Notes: generated from the letters alone by a model not told the origin. 64,000 bases of DNA from Octopus sinensis (GCF_006345805.1 NC_043012.1:36704001-36768000); one strand, 5' to 3'; shown: positions 38,120 to 51,205, counted from the first letter of the stretch. Translations and numbers: made by a program.

Positions 38120-38460
38120 AATAATAGTGTGGCATATCAAGGCGACTACAGTACCAGTGATTGTAGGATCTCTAGGGATGATAAAAAAAGGTACTGAAAC
38201 CTATTTGAAAATTATTCCAGGCTTACCATCCCTACAGGAAGTGCAAAAAATTGTGTTAACTGGAACGGCTCATGTATTGAGAAGAGCATTATCGCTGTGA
38301 AAACAACATCCATCCATGAATTTATTTATTTATTAATTTTTTAAATACATATTTTACCAGTGAATTTGTGTGTGTAATCTGGGAATGCATACAATGAGCT
38401 TCCCTGCCCTAGGTGTATGGAAAACACTCGGCAAGAACCGGAAGAAAATTTGAAGAAATA
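38120..38460 (+). mobile_element. Dong/R4-type 3' end in a (TAA)n array
   Basis: TVPVIVGSLGMIKK...LQEVQKIVLTGTAHVLRRALSL*, flanked by (TAA)n on both sides. Confidence 0.8.
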
Positions 38461-38489
38461 GGGGTAAAATAATAATAATAATGATGATA

Positions 38490-40480
38490 ATAATAATTAA
38501 TTCTGGTTTTATTGGCCACAAGGGCTAACATAAATCAAAAACATGTAAGGACAAACACAGGATGAAAAGTAGAAAGGGTTTTGCGAAAAAGAAACGTCCG
38601 TGTAAACATTAGAAAAACAGAAAAATATAACAAATAAAATTTCCAATAGGGGGAGGCACTTTGAAAGGTTACTCATGGAAAAACCCATAAAAGCCACTTG
38701 GTTGAGGGCAGTCAGAGCTTGACGGCACTCGAGGTGCCAAGCGCCCTTTCTTGGTCTGCGTATGATCAAAGTTTCAGCTCTGTCAAAGAGATGAGCTGCG
38801 GAAAGTTGCGTCTGATGAACAGTGACTACACCCGCTCACCGTCCCAGAAACGCTTGAGATGCCATAGTCTGAGTGCATGTCTGCGCATCAGCAGCCACAG
38901 CATGCCAAGGCCTCCGTTCAGTGGCTGTTGACAGCAGATGGAGCCCCTGACCACTGCTACCATGCCCTTCCACAGAAAGTCGAAGAGCAAGTGCACCAGC
39001 TTGGCCAACCAGCGGTCGGGACAAGGGGCGACGGTCAATTGGTAATAGATGACGGATGCGATGTACGCATTCGCCACCTCTGCTTGACCTTCCAGGGACA
39101 GCTTCCTCTCGGCCCATTTCTGGGTGAGATTGGCCACCCTGCTCATCACTTCGGCCCAGTTTTTCTCCACCAGGAGGTCCAGACTGAACCAGACTCCGAG
39201 CAGTTTAATGGGACCATCTGTCCAATGCCCTATGACGCTGTTGGATGGCATGAACTTGCCCCTCCAGGTGCCCAGTTGCAAGCCCACTGACTTTTCTGCA
39301 TTAATTTCCGTACCTGTTACCACTTCGTACTCGTTTAGCATCTCGCCCATCAGGTCGATGCGCCTGTGGCTCGACATTATCACGTTGACGTCGTTGGCAT
39401 AGGCAGACATGCTTTTTCCACATCCCAGATCATGCGGGACACCCCTCAAAGCCTCTAACTTCCACAGCAATGGCTCGAGAGTCATTACGTAGAGGTGGGA
39501 GGAGAGAGGGCATCCTTGGCGGAACGAATGTGAGATGTCGAAGGGCTTGGAAAGGTGACCGTTCACACGTATGACCAAGCAGATGCCACTGTACAAAGCA
39601 GTGATCCACCCGCTCAAGACCGGACTGAAACTGGCTGCCCAGAGAACAGCTGCCAGGTATCGATGGTCAACCCTATCGAAGGCTTTAGACTGATCTAAAT
39701 TGATCAAAGCCACACGCGCGCCAGCTTCGTTACCCACCCTCTCTATGATGTAGTGCATGAGATGGATAGACCTGGTGGGCATGGTGCATGTCTGCGTTTT
39801 GCCAGTCAGCTTGTCCATGACAGCACCAACCTCTTGGCTAGCACCTTGGCCAGAATCTTCAACTCTGCATTGAGCAGAGTGATGGGGCTAAAGTTCCCTA
39901 TCAAGACCCCTTGTTTGGGTCCTTTCTCAGCAATGCCACCACTCCTCGATAAACAAAAGCAAGAATTCTCACATTTTGTTGCCAGTTGCAGTAGACATTC
40001 GCCAAGAGACCTGCAAAGAAGTCTGGCATTGAAGTGTAAAGTTCGTAGGGCAGACCATCCAAACCCGGTGATCTACCTCTCGTGCAACTTTTCATCACTT
40101 CCTCTACTTCTCAGGCAGATATCAGTCTTTCGCAGCACTCTACCTCACTGGCTGAGAGTTGTGGCAGGCCGTCCAGGTACACACTGGAGTCTGACCCATT
40201 GTCCGTCCCGAACAGTCGAGCAAAGTGCTGCAGAAAGACCGCACACATCTGGCTTGTTTCGGAAACCTTGCACCCATTCTGGTCCACCAAAGACTGAATG
40301 GTTGGTTTGTTGCTGTGCTTTGCCTCTGTCACATGGGCCCATCGAGCAGCCTTAGTCCCCTCTCTGCTTACCGAACGTGCCTTAGCTCTGACAATGCAGC
40401 CTTCATGTTTGACATCAAAGTGTTGGTCGTTTAACAAGTGATCTTGTTTCCAAGGCAACCAAACCTGCTCACATTTATAC
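38490..40480 (-). mobile_element. L1/Tx1-clade LINE ORF2 (RT) fragment, frameshifted
   Basis: SPGLDGLPYELY, LDQSKAFDRVDHRYL, RQGCPLS, YANDV motifs in ORFs 40111-40458, 39901-40098 and 38826-39818; (ATT)n tail. Confidence 0.88.
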
Positions 40481-40624
40481 TACCAATTCTGAACATGACC
40501 ATGTTTTAAAAAATTATTTATCAAGGAGGAAAGGCTCTACTTATGGCTGTTGTCTGGTGGGCTGACTACCTTGTGCTTCTGGGTGGGTATTTCCACCAGA
40601 TTTCTAAAGAGTTTTTTGGAGAAA

Positions 40625-41275
40625 CTTCACCCTAGCAACCCAACATCGTCCAGAAATTTTTTTTTTTTTATTTTGTCATAGTTTTTGTGCTGAATTTTCA
40701 GTGTGAGTATGTGTGCTGGTGTTGTGTTGTGTGTGGGTCTGACAAAATCTGAAATTTTCGTGTTTGTATTGTGTTTCAAGTATGTCACTAGCTGTTCATT
40801 TTTCGTGTTTATTGCTGTAAGGTTGGTACTGGTGGTGGTGTCTGTGTTTGTGGGTGTGTGCAGTGGTAGTGGTGGAGAAGGTGTTGCTAATTGTTGTGGG
40901 TGCATGTTGCTGTTGTTGTTGTTGGGAAGCTTTACTTTCTCGTGCCTCCCCAGTTTGTCAGTTGTTTCTTTATATTCCTTTCTTCTTTTCTTTTTCGGTG
41001 GCACTGTGTGCCACTCCCCTTTCTCACTATCAGTACTTGCACTATCTGAGCTGATTTGGTCGGGAAAGGGGATGTCTTTGGGGTCTGTTTCAGTAGTGTT
41101 TCAAAATGTAGTTTTATCTGATGGTATTGTTGGTGGTGTAATTTCTTTTGAAATTGGTGTTGATGTTGGTGGTGGTGGTGATGGTATCATTGACTTCTCA
41201 TGTGTATATATGAAAGTTGCTGGCTTTAAGAGTATTGCAAAAATCTTGTTTGGATTTCCAACAATCTAAGTTCTT
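40625..41275 (-). mobile_element. Possible ORF1-like remnant upstream of the Tx1 fragment
   Basis: P/T-rich frame with EWHTVPPKKKRRK basic motif, same strand as the ORF2 piece, one internal stop. Confidence 0.4.
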
Positions 41276-41588
41276 TTACAGGGCTTAGAAAAACTAAAGG
41301 ACCGCTGCAATAAGTGTGTGAATCCGAGAGGAGAATATGTTGAATAAAATCATAATTAACTGATCTGCCTGTATTCTATTTTATCCAAAACCAGGAACAT
41401 TTCACCTCTGCCTCAAATACATATGAGATCTGGTGTAGCTCCAGGCCTTTGCCAGCTCCTGTCAAACTGTCCAACCCATGCCAGCATGGAAAACAGACGT
41501 TGAAGGAAGGTGATGAGTAATATGTTGTTTATTCCCAATTTGTCAAATGTTATTCATTTCTTTTCGTTTTTTTTGCTTGTTTCATGTT

Positions 41589-44577
41589 TGTTATAATCCT
41601 TAAAATGTTGGATTGTTATAATGTCCACTTTGGTATTAAGTATATTTAGCAAAACCAGTAAAGACACAACTGTCTCGGTCTGCCTACTACATACTCCGGT
41701 ACTTCATGTACTTCCCCTTACTTATAGTGACCAAGTTATTCCATTCGTCATGTGGGAGGGGTGTACCATTATTACTAATTCCCTACATATCCCCTTTTAA
41801 GTTTTTCTTACAAAATGTCATTTTATTCAGCAATAATTTTTTTTTATTCACCCCCACCTCCCTTTTTTGAGCCTCTTTTTTTTGTACAATTTAATATGTT
41901 TTGCACTTGGCACCTATTTTCAGGAACTCTGTGTTTTCTTTTCCTTTCACTTGTACACCTGGGTTCAATCCCCTGCAGTGGCATTGGTACTTGGAATGCA
42001 TCGTACAACCATTCCATCAATTCCTCCAACTTCTTTGGTTTGCTTTCCATGAATCTCTTGGTTCCTGTGTCTCTTTTTTATGTCCTTTTCTGCTTTTTAC
42101 CCAATACATCATTTTTACCTATGTATTTAGTAATTACACCATCTCCCCAACTCTGCTTTCCATTCTTGCATGCCCTCAAATATGCCTTTTCACCAACTTA
42201 AAGCATCTTGCTGTCTTCCCTGGCACTTTTTCTTTTCTTGCCAGGTAGCAATTAATCAAAGACTGATTTTACTTTCCTTTCAAACATCAGCTCCGCTGGT
42301 GATCTACCTGCTGGTGCATTCGGATTTGGTGTCACAGGGTACACTCTTAAAAATTGTTGAGGAGCTACCTCATTCGTGACTTCCTTATTCCATTTTCTAA
42401 GGGCTCTTTTGAAGGTGTTGGCAAAGTGTTCTGCCAGTGCATTAGATCTGGGGTGATATGGCGCCATAGTTATATGTTCTACCATGAATGTTTCACAAAT
42501 TTTTTTTATTCACTAGACACAAATTGCATTCCATTGTTGGACACTATCAGTTGAGGAAGTTAGTTTTTTTAGTTACAAATTTCTAGCCATTTCAAGAAGC
42601 TATCAACCACTACTAAGTCGTAAAAACCATTTAAAGGACCAGTGGAATCGATGTGTAGTCTCGACCACAGAACATCTACTTTTGAACAATGTTTACTTTT
42701 TATCATACTCTTTTACTGGTTTCAGTCATTTGACTGCGGCCATGCTGGAGCACCGCCTTTAGTCGAGCAAGTTGACCCCGGGACTTATTCTTTGTAAGCC
42801 CAGTACTTATTTTATCCGTCTCTTTTGCCGAACTGCTAAGTGACGGGGACGTACACACACCAGCATCGGTTGTCAAGCAATGCTAGGGGGACAAACACAG
42901 ACACACAAACACACACATATATATATATACATATATATGATGTGCTTCTTTCAGTTTCCGTCTACCAAATCCACTCACAAGGCATTGGTCGGCCCGGGGC
43001 TATAGCAGAAGACACTTGCCCAAAATGCCACGCAGTGGGACTGAACCCGGAACCATGTGGTTGGTTAGCAAGCTACTTACCACACAGCCACTCCTGCACT
43101 CATGTGCAATTTCTCATTTTGTCTTGGCTTTCATACAGGTGTTCCACTCAGACCCTCAGTTGCATTCGAACCTTTGACTGAACCAACTATATTTCCACAT
43201 AAAACACTTATGGGCATATTCCATACCTTGAATAGTTCCATCCATTCTGTGCTGAATAAATTAAGTGAACTTTTTTACACATATATCTTTGCCTCTTTTG
43301 TTTGACCTTGAAATGTTACATTACATATGAATTAACCGAGAAAATATAATCTTTTTCCTGTAACATTATGTGCAACCTTTTTTGATTTAAATAATTTCGG
43401 GTTACCAACATATTCCCAAGTTTTTTCGTTTATAATGGTGATATCACTACCTGTGTCCAATTGTATTTTAACACTTGAATTTCTGATTTTCACCTTCATG
43501 AATTTCCTCATCATTACATTACTAATTTCTTCCGATGACATACTATTTATTCTTTTTCCTTTGTTCTGACGTTTTGTGCATTGTCCTATATATGTCCAGC
43601 TTTGCGAGAATTCTCGTTCTAACTTCTGCATCCTTTTCGGCAGTTAGTCCCTCTCTAAATCAGGTATTTGAACATATCTGGCATTAATTCATCCAGCTTG
43701 AACTTCTTGCATTCCCTGTGATGTAGTCCTCGTTGTTTTTCTCTATGTTCAGACACTTCTACCCCCGCCAAGGACAATTACCCGAGGACAACAGATGATG
43801 ATTTAAAACTTCTTGATATATTGAAGATGGAGTAATTAACCAAGTGGGGTAATTGTCCTGGGGGTAGTTGTTGTCAGGGGGAATTGTCCTATGGAAGGGG
43901 GTGGTGTGGTAATCGCCCTGATATGCTTTCAATACATCTCAACACTTCTAAAGCAAACTTTGCTTGCTTACTTTCTTTGTAATTGGAATTTATAATTATT
44001 GTATCGTTCATGTTCTGCTGCCACCAGTTTTCTCAAGATTAAGCGTGTTTTCATCTCGTTTCCTCATATTTTCTGCAGTTTGCTTCGAAGGTAACTCCTT
44101 TGTCTGGTTCATATTTGGACTCTGTTATCGAATTTGCAACAGAGTCTGGTGAGAACACGTTTTTCTGACTTTCCTGATGATTTCAGAAATTGCAGCATTT
44201 GTTGTTGTTGGTGTTGTTGTTACTTCAGCTGTTGTTCTTGTAGTTGTAGCTGCTGCTGTTGCTGTTCTTTCAGTTGCTGTTGTTGTTTTTACAACTCGAG
44301 AAAATCGGCCAACAAATTTTCCATAATTCTCATAAAATTCTCACAACAGAAACTTTTGTGAGTTTGTTAACTCTTCACGAGTTGTTTAAATCCTTAAAAT
44401 GTTGGATTGTTATAATGGTCGCTTCGGTATACAGTATACTCAGCCAAACCAGTCACCATTGTCTCTGTCCACCCACTGCATATTCCGGTACTTCACATGG
44501 TTCTATTTACTTATTGTGACCAGGTTATTCCATTCATCACGTGGGAGGGGGTCTACTATTGTTACTAATTCCATACA
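41589..44577 (-). mobile_element. Ty3/Gypsy LTR retrotransposon relic lacking RT/RNase H
   Basis: Diverged direct repeats 41589-41787 and 44383-44577 (TG...CA), PPT AAAAGGGGATA next to the 3' LTR, gag-like VFSPDSVANSITE..YEP, protease LDTGSD (43332-43631), integrase RLHID..GP and PYHPRSNALAE (42252-42700). Confidence 0.85.
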
Positions 44578-45133
44578 ACTATATTTTGATGACACATAAA
44601 GTTATTATTCCATTATTAATGACACAAACCATGTACAGTATACTTCAGAGCGATTAGTTGAGTAAAGGGCGAAACGCCGAAAGTGAAGGATAAGAAAAAA
44701 AGCGGTCATAACGAAAACTGAATTGTAACGATAAGTGGGAACTCAATGTACAATTCACATATTGTTGTGATCAAGTGGTGTCAATATCTGGTTAAGATGT
44801 GTTTATAAACGAGAGGACTGAGAATGGTTGAAATTGTGTTGGTTACAAAGATCACGCACTACAGTTGGAACTAGGAACATGCTATTGTAGGGCACGGAAC
44901 CCAAGGTTTACGCATCCATAAAATAGAGTGAAAGATCAGTTAGAGTAAGGAATTGACTTGTGATATGGGAATGTTTTAGGAATGCAATGATTGCAAGAGG
45001 TTTTCGGTTCTGAGTTGTTATTTAGCGTCCGCTTTCCATGCTGTGCTTCCTGGCCTTACCAGCTCCTGTTCGAACCTCAGGTTCCGTGCCCTACAATAGC
45101 ATGTTCCTAGTTCCAACTGTAGCGAGGAGTACA

Positions 45134-46200
45134 TGGAGTACAGTGAAGAATTCCGGGTAGAGGTAGGGGTCCACCAAGGTTCAGCCCTCAGCCCCCTCCT
45201 ATTTATCGTAGTCCTCCAGGCAATAACGGAGGAATTCAAGACAGGTTGCCCATGGGAGTTCCTCTATGCTGACGACCTTGCTCTAATTGCTGAGTCACTA
45301 TCAGAACTGGAGGAGAAGTTTCAAACATGGAAGGAGGGATTAGAATCGAGGGACCTTAGAGTCAACCTAGCTAAAACCAAAGTACTAATAAGTAGGAAGG
45401 TAGACAAACCACAAATGTCTTCAGGAAGATGGCCTTGCTCGATCTGTAGAAAAGGTGTAGGTAGAAACTCTATATGATGTACCCAGTGTAAGCTATGGAC
45501 ACATAAGAGGTGCAGCAATATCAAAGGAAGGCTAACTGGGAAGATAGTTTTTGTATGTGGCAGATGCTCAGGAGCAATAAACTCTGAAAATCTGCAGAAA
45601 ACAACTTCCGTCACTTTCCAGGGGAAAAAACTAGAAGTAGTTGATAGCTACCATTATCTAGGTGACCAAGTCAGTAGTGGGGGTGGGTGCGCTGAAAGTG
45701 TAACTGCTAGAGTAAAAATAGCCTGGGTAAAGTTCAGGGAGCTCTTACCTCTGCTTGTGACTAAAGGCAGACTGTATGATGCATGTGTACGAACAGCCAT
45801 GTTACATGGCAGTGAAACATGGGCCGTGACTGCTGAGGACATGCGTAAGCTCGCGAGGAATGAAGCCAGTATGCTCCGATGGATGTGTAATGTCAGTGTG
45901 CATACTTGACAGAGCGTTAGTACCCTGAGAGAAATGTTGGACCTAAGAAGCATCAGTTGTGGTGTGCAAGAGAGACGATTGTGCTGGTATGGTCATGTGG
46001 CGAGAATGGATGAAGATAGGTGTGTGAAAAAGTGCCAATCCCTAGCAGTTGAGGGAACCCGTGGAAGAGGTAGACCCAGGAAAACCTGGGACGAGGTGGT
46101 GAAGCACGACCTTCAAACTTTAGGCCTCACTGAGGAAATGACCAGCGACCGAGACCTTTGGAAATATGCTGTGTGTGAGAAGACCAGGCAGGACAAGTGA
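45134..46200 (+). mobile_element. RTE LINE, 5'-truncated (RT to C-terminus)
   Basis: GVHQGSALSPLLF, FLYADDL, WYGHVARM...RGRGRPRKTW; stops and frameshifts. Confidence 0.92.
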
Positions 46201-48203
46201 GTCCAGCCCACTTATGTTGAGTAAATGACTAAACTTAAAATAATAATTGGTGGGTTAATTTTTCTATGGGGGTAACAGGGTGGATAAGTAATAACAAAAA
46301 GTAAAAATAAAAAAAATTACAATAATGGGATACGCTGATAGGTTTAGTCAAAGAGGGAGTGAGAGTACCATAACATTTTGAAGTAATCGTGATATTTCAC
46401 ATGGTTCTGGGTTCAGTCCCACTGTGTGGCAACTTGGGAAAGTATCTTCTACTATTGCCTCAGACCGACCAAAGCCTTGAGGGTGAGTTTGGTAGACAGA
46501 AACTGAAAGAAGCCCATTGTATGTATGTGTGTGTGCCTGTGTTTGTCCTCCACCACTGCTTGACAACTGGTGCTGGTGTGTTTACATTCCTGTAACTTAG
46601 CAATTCAGCAAATGGAACTGATAGAATAAATACCAGGTTTAAAAAAAAGTAAGTGCTGGAGTCAATTCATTCAACTAAAATACTTCAAGGTGGTGCCCCA
46701 GAATGGTCGCAGTTTAATGACTGAAAGAAGTAAAAGATAGAGAATAAAAAAAAACCCTCATTATTCAGCCCATCACCATTTACTTGCATTATCAAAATTT
46801 ATGCCACTGGTCTATTTGAGTTAATTCCCTTAGCTCACTCTTTTTTCCTAACTCTCTAGTGCCTGAATCAATAAACCAATCCTCAGAAGATTGATGACAT
46901 AACCAAAGATGGAACCTGTTTCCCCGCCAAAACTGAAGCGGAATCTCATACCAATTAGATGATGGATTTATTGATTAACTAATTATTCTGCTGTCTAATT
47001 ACTTGACATTGTGACCATGTTTGGGAGAACTGGTTTGATCAAGAGTTCAATGACATGTTGTACAACCTGCCTGAGTATTACTGTGTATGTTACGCCTGCT
47101 GCCTATCTATCAGTGGTATAGCTAATACGGGAGCAGGGGGTGCGACCACTTCACCCACTAAGCACATTTTTTTAAAATTGGCACCTCTTCAACAATTTTT
47201 GTAAACTCTTTAGTTAGCTATATCAGTAGTTGTAAGTTTCATACATAATGACATTGTTATGGAAACATGAAACTAATGAATGTAGAAAACAATTACGTAA
47301 ATTATAACTAATGATATATTTTGTGTAATATAAGAGAAATGAGTATAAAATTGTTTGGTATGTGTTTTTTTTGTGCTACTTGCCCTTGACTTTAGAACCT
47401 GGGTGTGCCTTTGTTGTGTATTCATTCTATGCAACATTTGTATATATACTTTACAACTGTGTATAGTACAACAGGAATATATATACAGTACAATAGCTGT
47501 GTGTGTGTGTGTGTATTAATTGAAGTGTACTGTGTTATATATCCATTACGGCCAATGTTACTCATTGGTTTCACACTAGGGGTTCAACAGTGTTTGGTAA
47601 CAGTCTGATTATGAAACCCTGTGCTCATCAGAGGTAGCTGTTATGGAATGAAATATGACACACACACACACACACAATTGAATCAGATAGTGTCAACAAG
47701 AAAGAGTACATTTGGACAGTTATTTTTTAATCACTATACAAGTTTGTTTCCATACAACATAGTTCTTCATATATACAGGAATTTGATTATGGTACAGTTT
47801 ACCTGTATAATGGGAACCAGTTGCATTTCATCAGGTGATATTCAATTGCCAAAATCTTGACTAGGAACTATATTGTAATACTACCAGCTATTTGGAAATT
47901 CCAAGGGGGAATGAGCTCTATTTTGTATTTTTCTGTGTTTCTAATGGAATATACCTTATATATATATATCATCATCATCATCGTTTAACGCCCGTTTTCC
48001 ATGCTGGCATGGGTTGGACAGTGTGACTGGGGACTGGCAAGCAAGGAGGCTGCACCAGGCTCCAATCTGATCTGGCAAGGTTTCTACAGCTGGAAGCCCT
48101 TCCTAACAACAACCACTCTGAGAGTAAGGTGGGTGCCAGTCAGGTGGCATCGGCCACGTTCAAATGCTGCCTTTTACGTGTCAAGCAGCACTGGCATCGA
48201 TCA

Positions 48204-48236
<33 letters not shown>

Positions 48237-48388
48237 TTGTTGAAATGGAAAGATGAATTTTCTTGTTACGGATTATTCAAAAGTTTAACCGATACCTGGG
48301 TAGCAAAAATCACAGCAGAAAAAAGCACGGTTGGAGATAAGACCATTTGGTGTTGCAACCGTGCGTTGGTGCGGATAATTGAAGTTTA

Positions 48389-49038
48389 ATATAATTAGTG
48401 AATGGAAGAAATGGAGTTGAACGAAGATTGTACAGAATTCCTTTTATTACATTCTACACATGTTTCAAAGGCCACAATTTTCCGAACACACAAACACAGA
48501 ATTTTTTCAGCCACCTGACAGGTTTTTTCAGCAGTGCTCATTATCTAGTGCCCCTCGCCAACATACGGCCGCGCACACATAGGCTAGTATACACATACAT
48601 GCTTTTAGGTAGGTTTTGTCTCGCCCCTAAAATACACCCTGTTTTCTTAAAATATTCAGAACATTAGTTTTGGTCACACAGAACATCTCCACACCCCTTG
48701 TTCCCATTAATTCCTCACCTACTAGATTTGACCGCGGCCTGACCTGTAATTATTCCAACGGACCTTTTGTCGGCCCCCACCAACCCCCTGATTTCAACGT
48801 ACATTGATAAACAGTTTAACCATGGGCTCTTAAGGAGCGTCCTCGCTCGAATTGCTTTGCTGCGCCTCTGTTTTGTTTTGTTCTGTCAACGTAATTCCTG
48901 CTTTTTCCTGAAGAGAAAGCTGCAATATGGTATCCTTATTTAATCAGAATTTGGAAAATTGTGGCCTTTGAAACATGTGTAGAATGTAATAAAAGGAATT
49001 CTGTACAATCTTCGTTCAACTCCATTTCTTCCATTCAC

Positions 49039-49047
<9 letters not shown>
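48389..49047. repeat. Perfect 95-bp inverted repeat (48389-48483 / 48953-49047)
   Basis: Base-by-base reverse complement with no mismatch found. Confidence 0.95.
48719..48907 (-). other. Putative exon of a minus-strand transcript (UTR or first coding exon)
   Basis: Acceptor CTTTCTCTTCAG|, donor AG|GTGAGG; all three frames have stops, but an internal ATG (MYVEIRGLVGADKRSVGIITGQAAVKSS) is open to the donor; CpG-richer than its flanks. Confidence 0.45.
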
Positions 49048-49082
<35 letters not shown>

Positions 49083-49438
49083 TATGTATGTATACAAAAC
49101 AACAACTGTGTGTATACAGTTCAACAGCTCTGTACATACAAACCATCAGCTGTGGATATAGAGAGTGTCCATAAATTATCTTTATACTTTGAAAAATTCA
49201 GCAGAAAATGAAAATTAAAGATAACTCAGCAAAGTTTACAAGAAAACATAGGCAAACAAATAGTTTTATTAGAAACCTGAGAATGCTTCCTCATGGGCTC
49301 CATTGGTTGCAAAGAAGTTGATCGAAGGATCTCAACATTAAATTCATACAATAAATTGTGGGAGATGTAAAGACAATTTAGGAACATCCTGCAGAGCAGA
49401 ACAGTTCATATATATACAGTGCAAGAACTGTGGACATA

Positions 49439-49926
49439 CAAATGTCTCAATTGTGCTCTGTTAGAACAGCCATGAAGTCATTTATTCAAACTGTTTGTCT
49501 CTCCCTCTCTCTCAACATATATAGTTCAAAAGCTGTGTATACACCCTACGGGTTGTGAATATATATTCCTGTTGTCAGAGAATATATAGATATACATACA
49601 TAATAGTTTCTTTATCAGTAGCCACTTACACACACACACACAGAGAAATCCTGTCTGTATCATTTGTCTTGAAAGAAAGAGGAGAATATGATGTTGTGAA
49701 ATTTATGCAGTTCCAAAGAATAACAACTGCGTAAGAGGGGTGAAATGGCTTCAGCTTGTAATCAACACCACATTCTTGGATTCCATTCTTTGCTAGGCTG
49801 CTCTTCCAACATTGGACCAACAGTCAGTTCTAGAAGAACGAAGAGATGCTCTGTGTGTGTGTGAGAGAGACGTGTTTGAATAAATGACTTCATGGCTGTT
49901 CTAACAGAGCACAATTGAGACATTTG
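49439..49926. repeat. Perfect 53-bp inverted repeat (49439-49491 / 49874-49926)
   Basis: Exact reverse complement, extended imperfectly by (CT)/(GA) tracts. Confidence 0.93.
49630..49829 (-). other. Putative non-coding exon of a minus-strand transcript
   Basis: Acceptor CTCTTCGTTCTTCTAG|, consensus donor |GTAAGT; stops in all three frames from the acceptor. Confidence 0.5.
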
Positions 49927-50046
49927 ATACTAGCCTGAAGATGGGCAGCGAATTCGAATTCTACAGTCGGGGATAGATAAAGTGGAACCATCACAACTTG
50001 GACGGTGATAATTGGTAAGGAATAAAGTAAAAGCCAGGAGGAGGAG

Positions 50047-50050
<4 letters not shown>

Positions 50051-50133
<83 letters not shown>
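50051..50133. repeat. (GA)n microsatellite
   Basis: About 40 perfect GA units. Confidence 0.97.
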
Positions 50134-50136
<3 letters not shown>

Positions 50137-50875
50137 GAAGAAAAAAAGGGGATTAATTGCTGTCAGCCTCCACTGACAAGATGCAAATGGGAGATAGGGT
50201 TGAATGAAAAGAGTGTTACGTCATCTTTTTTTTTTTATTTTATAAACTCTGCTGAAAACAGAGAAAGTCTGTGAAATAAATGTCTTTTATATAATGGCCT
50301 ACTTTTTTTGGGAAGGTGAATCTCTAATTGGAAGGTGGGAGTGGGGAATGGGGTAGGGGAGTGGAGTGGGAGTCAACAGACTAATAATGGTTTGGTTGGT
50401 TTAAGCGGAGAAAATTATGTGGGAAGTGGGGGTAGAGTAGAGCGGGGGGAAGTATTTTGCAAGGGATTTTGCTCTGTTGACAGAGAAATAACATGGCTTC
50501 AGTATATATATGTATGTATATACATATACATATATGCATGCACACAAACACACACACACCATCATCATCATCATTGTTTAACGTCTGTTTTCCATGCCAG
50601 CACGGGTTGGATGGTCCGACTGGGGGTCTGGGAAGCCAGGGGGCTGCACCAGGCTCCAGTCTGATCTGGCAGTGTTTCTACAGCCGGATGCCCTTCCTAA
50701 TGCCAACCACTCTGTGAGTGTAGTGGGTGCTTTTTATGTGCCACCAGCATGAGGAGAAAAGTAGTCGGGTAAGACATAATTATTTAATTTTTATGCTTCC
50801 TATGACTTAATTTCGAAACGTACGTCCGTAGGTGACTTAATATAGAATGATTGTCGTCATTTCTTTCTCTTTTAC

Positions 50876-50920
50876 CTGCGTTGTTTGCCTTTTAAGTGCT
50901 GTGGTTTTACTGAGATCTCT
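50876..50920 (-). other. Candidate 45-nt micro-exon
   Basis: TTCTTTCTACTTAAAAG| acceptor and CAG|GTAAAA donor; open frame RDLSKTTALKRQTTQ. Confidence 0.25.
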
Positions 50921-51205
50921 CTTTTAAGTAGAAAGAATAGCCATAACTCTTTGACTGCTATTTCTAAATTCGGTGTGTGGTGAGGCAAATCGTTGCTAAA
51001 CCCTTAACTACTTAGTATACATACATACATACATACATGTGTGTATATACGTGTGTGTGTGTGTGTGTGTATATGTATGCATATATATATAAACGATGAT
51101 GATGATGATATATATATATATATATACTAGCCTTAAAGCTGCCCTTCAGGTGGCATTCAGGCTACCTCCTGCAGAGGGCACTTTATACATGTATGTATGA
51201 GGGGC

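Noticed and set aside
39753-40355. 200-aa plus-strand ORF
   Set aside because: Antisense shadow of the Tx1 RT region
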